DNA of 63,998 nucleotides, filler included, from Porpidia crustulata (Eukaryota): NCBI GenBank assembly GCA_964255105.1. It is 3 parts of 3 records of this genome, joined end to end, with 100 filler letters (N's around TTAATTAATTAA, not from the genome) between each part and the next. Parts side by side here need not be neighbours in the genome. Positions count along the whole stretch, not along the records: positions 47,178 to 63,998 come from CAXUWE010000241.1; 2 more parts are not named here. One strand, 5' to 3'. Shown piece by piece: positions 60,340 to 63,998 of this stretch (position 1 is its first letter; each line of letters starts with the position of its first letter). The notes under the pieces were generated by a model. It saw only the letters and a program-made list of their open reading frames with translations, ran no database searches and was not told where the DNA came from. The position numbers and the translations under genes were made by a program.

Positions 60340-63300
60340 ATGAGATATTCACACAGTGCCGCTCCGTTGTTACCCAACAACGCCAAGAACGCTGAAACAC
60401 GACAAGTAGAAAGACTTCGACATCGCTCTTCGCTCGATACCTTTGTGATTCCAGGTCGTACACGTCTGCCATCTAGCAGGGTCAGCCAGCCCCAACCAAT
60501 GGATCTCCATGTTGCACGCGGCTTGCTCAATACCGATTCTCTTCAAGTACCAAAGAAATACACCCATCGAGTGGAAAGGCCTGACTGGTTGACTCCGAAA
60601 CGCAAGAAATCACCGAAGCCGAAGGTAAAGGCCTGTCCCGACGAAGAGTCATCAAAAAATCACACCGACAGACCTGAGAAAGAGCCTACGACTGTTTCTA
60701 GTCGTGAGATCGTCGAAGTCCCTCAAGCGAATCAATACTCTCACCCTCCGAAGCATCAGCTACGAATCAGCGACGATTACACGAGGATGTCCTTCGACGG
60801 CCGACAAAGCGAGGGTTCGCGAGCTACAAGCACGACATGGAGTACTGTTAGTCATAGGATCATTTCGAACTCGTCCAGTGGCTCTCAGAATCGGGGGAGC
60901 TCAAGGTCCGTCGAAGAATATAACATCCTTGCTGTGATGCATGGGTTGCCTCAATTTGCTGTCGCAGCTGAGGTCTCACAAGAAGGTATATCACCGCTCA
61001 ATTCTTTGGCTGTACTGAAACTAAGGCACTCTTTAGAGAATAAGAGCCAGACAGAGGTTACCGCCAAGACGCACCATAACTGGATCATGCGAAAGTTGCT
61101 TCGTCGTTCACCCCCATCCACTTACAATTTGAAGATTAGGACCAAGCAGAAGCCGGTAAAGCGGATGAGCAGCCTCTCCAGTATCTCGAGCATGCGTGAG
61201 AAAGAGCACAAGGACATATTGAAGAACAAGAGTTTGGAGGAAATGGGTCGGCTGGGTGGTCTAAGCATTTTACTACTTCCTCGGGGTTTTGCTGTGGACA
61301 AGCTTACTTTACCAACATGCATTTCGACTACAGCTACATATTTGGCCCGGCACGGTAGATGCTTCACGCGGAAACAACTTGATGAGATGCCAGCTAATTA
61401 GAGCATAGGAACGAATGCGCCAGGAGTCTTCCGCGTTCCGGGGCAACTGTTCTCGATTAACTCACTCTATGATTATTACGCGCATCGCTATGCTAACGCG
61501 AGTGAGCCGGACCTTGTGCAAGAGACTGTAGGGTCTGGCGTCCTTCCTGCACACATACCTTATTCCGTGCACGACGTCGCATCCGTTTTCAAGAAGATAG
61601 TTTCTGGCCTACCGGGAGGTCTCTTGGGCTCTTGTTCACTCTTTGCAGCTCTTCGTGGCATTGCCCAGGATCTTCGTCGTAATCCTGAGCTTTCTGAGTC
61701 CGAGTTCATCAGTCTGAAAGCTAGACTGATAGCACTAGCTATCTCTAGTGTTCCCTCCACGTTTCGTGTCTCATTGATTTGTTCAGTACTAGGTCTAGCA
61801 GCCCTGATTGGCCACGAAGCTGAGCAGGCACTTGCCAGGAGTCAGGAAAACCATGAGCCAGTGCCACCTGAGCTCATGAGCTACCAGGCACTAGGTGTCG
61901 TCTTCGGACCGCTGCTGCTTGGAGACTTGACCTATCAAGCTGGTACGCCTCCCAGTTCCTCAGGCAGTGGACAATTCCCCGGGTTAGACGATCTGAAGAC
62001 AGCTCGCAAAGATAAAGGCGCGGCAGCAGCTCCAAATAAGCTAGAACAGCGCGGTGATTTCCTAGCACAGGTTGAACATGCCAAAACCACTGCAATCGTC
62101 GTGCAGATGGTCATCAGCATTTGGAGAGATGTGGTGAAGCAGCTTCGGGACATTGACACAGCGCGCCTTTTATCCTCGCGTTCTGAGAAAGAAAAGAACT
62201 TGCGGAACATGCAGAGTAGAGCTACATTAGGGTCAACCGAGGAAGGATCGTTGTTCGACGTCATCAGGGGACGTCCCTTACCGGACGGCTGGGAAGGGTC
62301 TGTAAAGATAACGCAGAAATTGCGGATTCCGAGCAGATCGCCTCTGTCCTTGAGAAACCTTCGGATCTCAGACTCATGGCTTCCCCAACCTATTAACGAG
62401 GAGCACAGTAGTGAGCGGGGAGACATGAGCTATGCCTCACGGGTGACACAGAAATCTAGATCACAGGCTGATGCTCAATCGAATCGGGTATTGTCCGGAC
62501 AAACCGCTTCCTCAAATCCTCCATTCGAAGCCGTACGGGACTTTTCTGGCCATACTATGCGATCGAATCCTTCCGTCGTCGCAACAAGGAGCGAGCCTAA
62601 GGGTCAAATTTCTACTGATGAAACTGATATGACGGATGCAGCTATGGAGGAAATGTCTAGAGGAATTATACTAATGCGTCCACTAGAGGTATTTGGCTCC
62701 GTGGAGGACAATAAGATAGCCACATCAAGTCACAACGGTTCTGGAAATCTACTTTCGCTGCAAATGGCCGAAGATGGAGACAAGGAAGTAGCCCCTGGAT
62801 GTTTGGAGGTTACGGATGAGGTGTTGGAATGTGTCGCGGTAAAAATTAGAGAGCCAGCAAAGCTCGGCGAGACAATACTCGCATCACAACCACGCCCAAA
62901 AATTCCAACTCCAGCGTCATCAACGTGTAATCTCGACTTGGTCAACAAAGGAACGAAAAGCCAATACTCGACACGAAACTCTTCGCTCGCCCAAGTCAGG
63001 CACATATCGAGTTCGTATATGCTCCACGCTGATGCCAGCAATCGAGGTGACTTGACCCCCCAATATTCAGACACAAATAATATACCTTTGACTGCCGAGG
63101 TGGTAGAAATAGGTGAGCCGATTGCGAATTCAGGTAATCTATTCGACGAGTCTCGGAAGCACAGCGTCAGAATGCTTGCTCAAAGGTTCTCAGAAGCCGG
63201 ACAAGCCAAACGCGGTGGGGAGCAACTAAATGAAAGTAATGCTCGTAAAGTCCATCCGCATATCACGCCACACGCCGTCTCAACCCATTTTCAGACTTCC

Positions 63301-63998
63301 GAAAGGAGCCCAATGAGACGCACAAAGCGAAGCCTCGAGAGGAACACTGTCATGCAATCAACGGGTCATGATATTCCCGTCTGCTCTGAGAAAGAGGCCG
63401 ATGTTCCTCCGTGTCCAAGAAGAAGCGAGCAGGAAAGCGTGAATGACTACCCTGTCGAGCAGCCTGCTAGCGTCTCTGCTCGCAGTAACCCTGAAAAAGA
63501 AACCCTGATACCTAAGCCCACGCACGAGGTCGGTCGCAGTCGACAAGCATCGCGATCTCAATCGCCTACCAAATCTCCCTCCTCTCCTAGGACGCTCTCG
63601 CCATTGTGGATCCCTACGCCAACCCGATACGTCAACAAGCGACCTTCCGTCTTCAATATCCTAGTGGAAGACGAGGGAACCGACAACACCGAGGAAAGAG
63701 ATTTGATTTCGAGTCCAAAGTCGCCTCTGTTCCCCCTCACCAATCCTGAGCTCAACTACCGAAGCACCGGCCAATGCCTGGCTCCCCCAGTCGGGGATCC
63801 ATCTCCAAAGACCTTACCCACGAAATCCCTAACCGCCTATTCTGCCGAATCCCTCCGCCGCCTCCGGGCTGCCCTTCAAGAACCGCCCATTGCCACCCAT
63901 CTCGCACGCGCCACCACGTCTTACTCTCCGAAACAACACAACCGCCCCAAAGATTACATCGACCGCTCCGTAGCCACCGACGACAGCCTGCCTCAAGT
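60340..63998 (+). CDS. RhoGAP-domain protein with long disordered tails; runs off the window end, start approximate
   Basis: LPTCISTTATYLARHG|TNAPGVFRVPG contains the arginine finger, followed by HDVASVFKKIVSGLPGGLLGS and MSYQALGVVFGPLLLG. The intron spans about 61355-61408 and the frame appears open to the window end. Confidence 0.82.

Overview
This is eukaryotic, intron-rich filamentous-ascomycete (Pezizomycotina) DNA. It comprises three contigs joined by two artificial 100-nt spacers (N44-TTAATTAATTAA-N44 at 23693-23792 and 47078-47177). The left contig carries housekeeping genes: a conserved hypothetical protein, prefoldin 1, alkaline ceramidase, Nit2-type nitrilase, TMF/Sgm1 golgin, Nas6, an N-terminally truncated TRAPPC11, a ubiquitin-domain protein and the Cch1 calcium channel. 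It ends in a foldback hairpin. The middle contig (about 23 kb) holds the 3' half of an open-frame Ty1/copia retroelement and a compact five-gene secondary-metabolite cluster: O-methyltransferase-fold protein, DHA1 MFS exporter, Zn2Cys6 regulator, cytochrome P450 and highly reducing PKS. The cluster resembles a solanapyrone/alpha-pyrone-type cluster without the FAD Diels-Alderase. Its PKS C-methyltransferase motif is degenerate, its OMT lacks the canonical catalytic His, and a CCG-N7-CGG motif recurs in both divergent promoters. The right contig carries truncated TRS31, NAD kinase, a conserved hypothetical protein, LAS1 (with an unusually long, highly structured first intron), SNF4 and a RhoGAP that runs off the window. 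Family assignments come from motif recognition by eye; no database searches were run.
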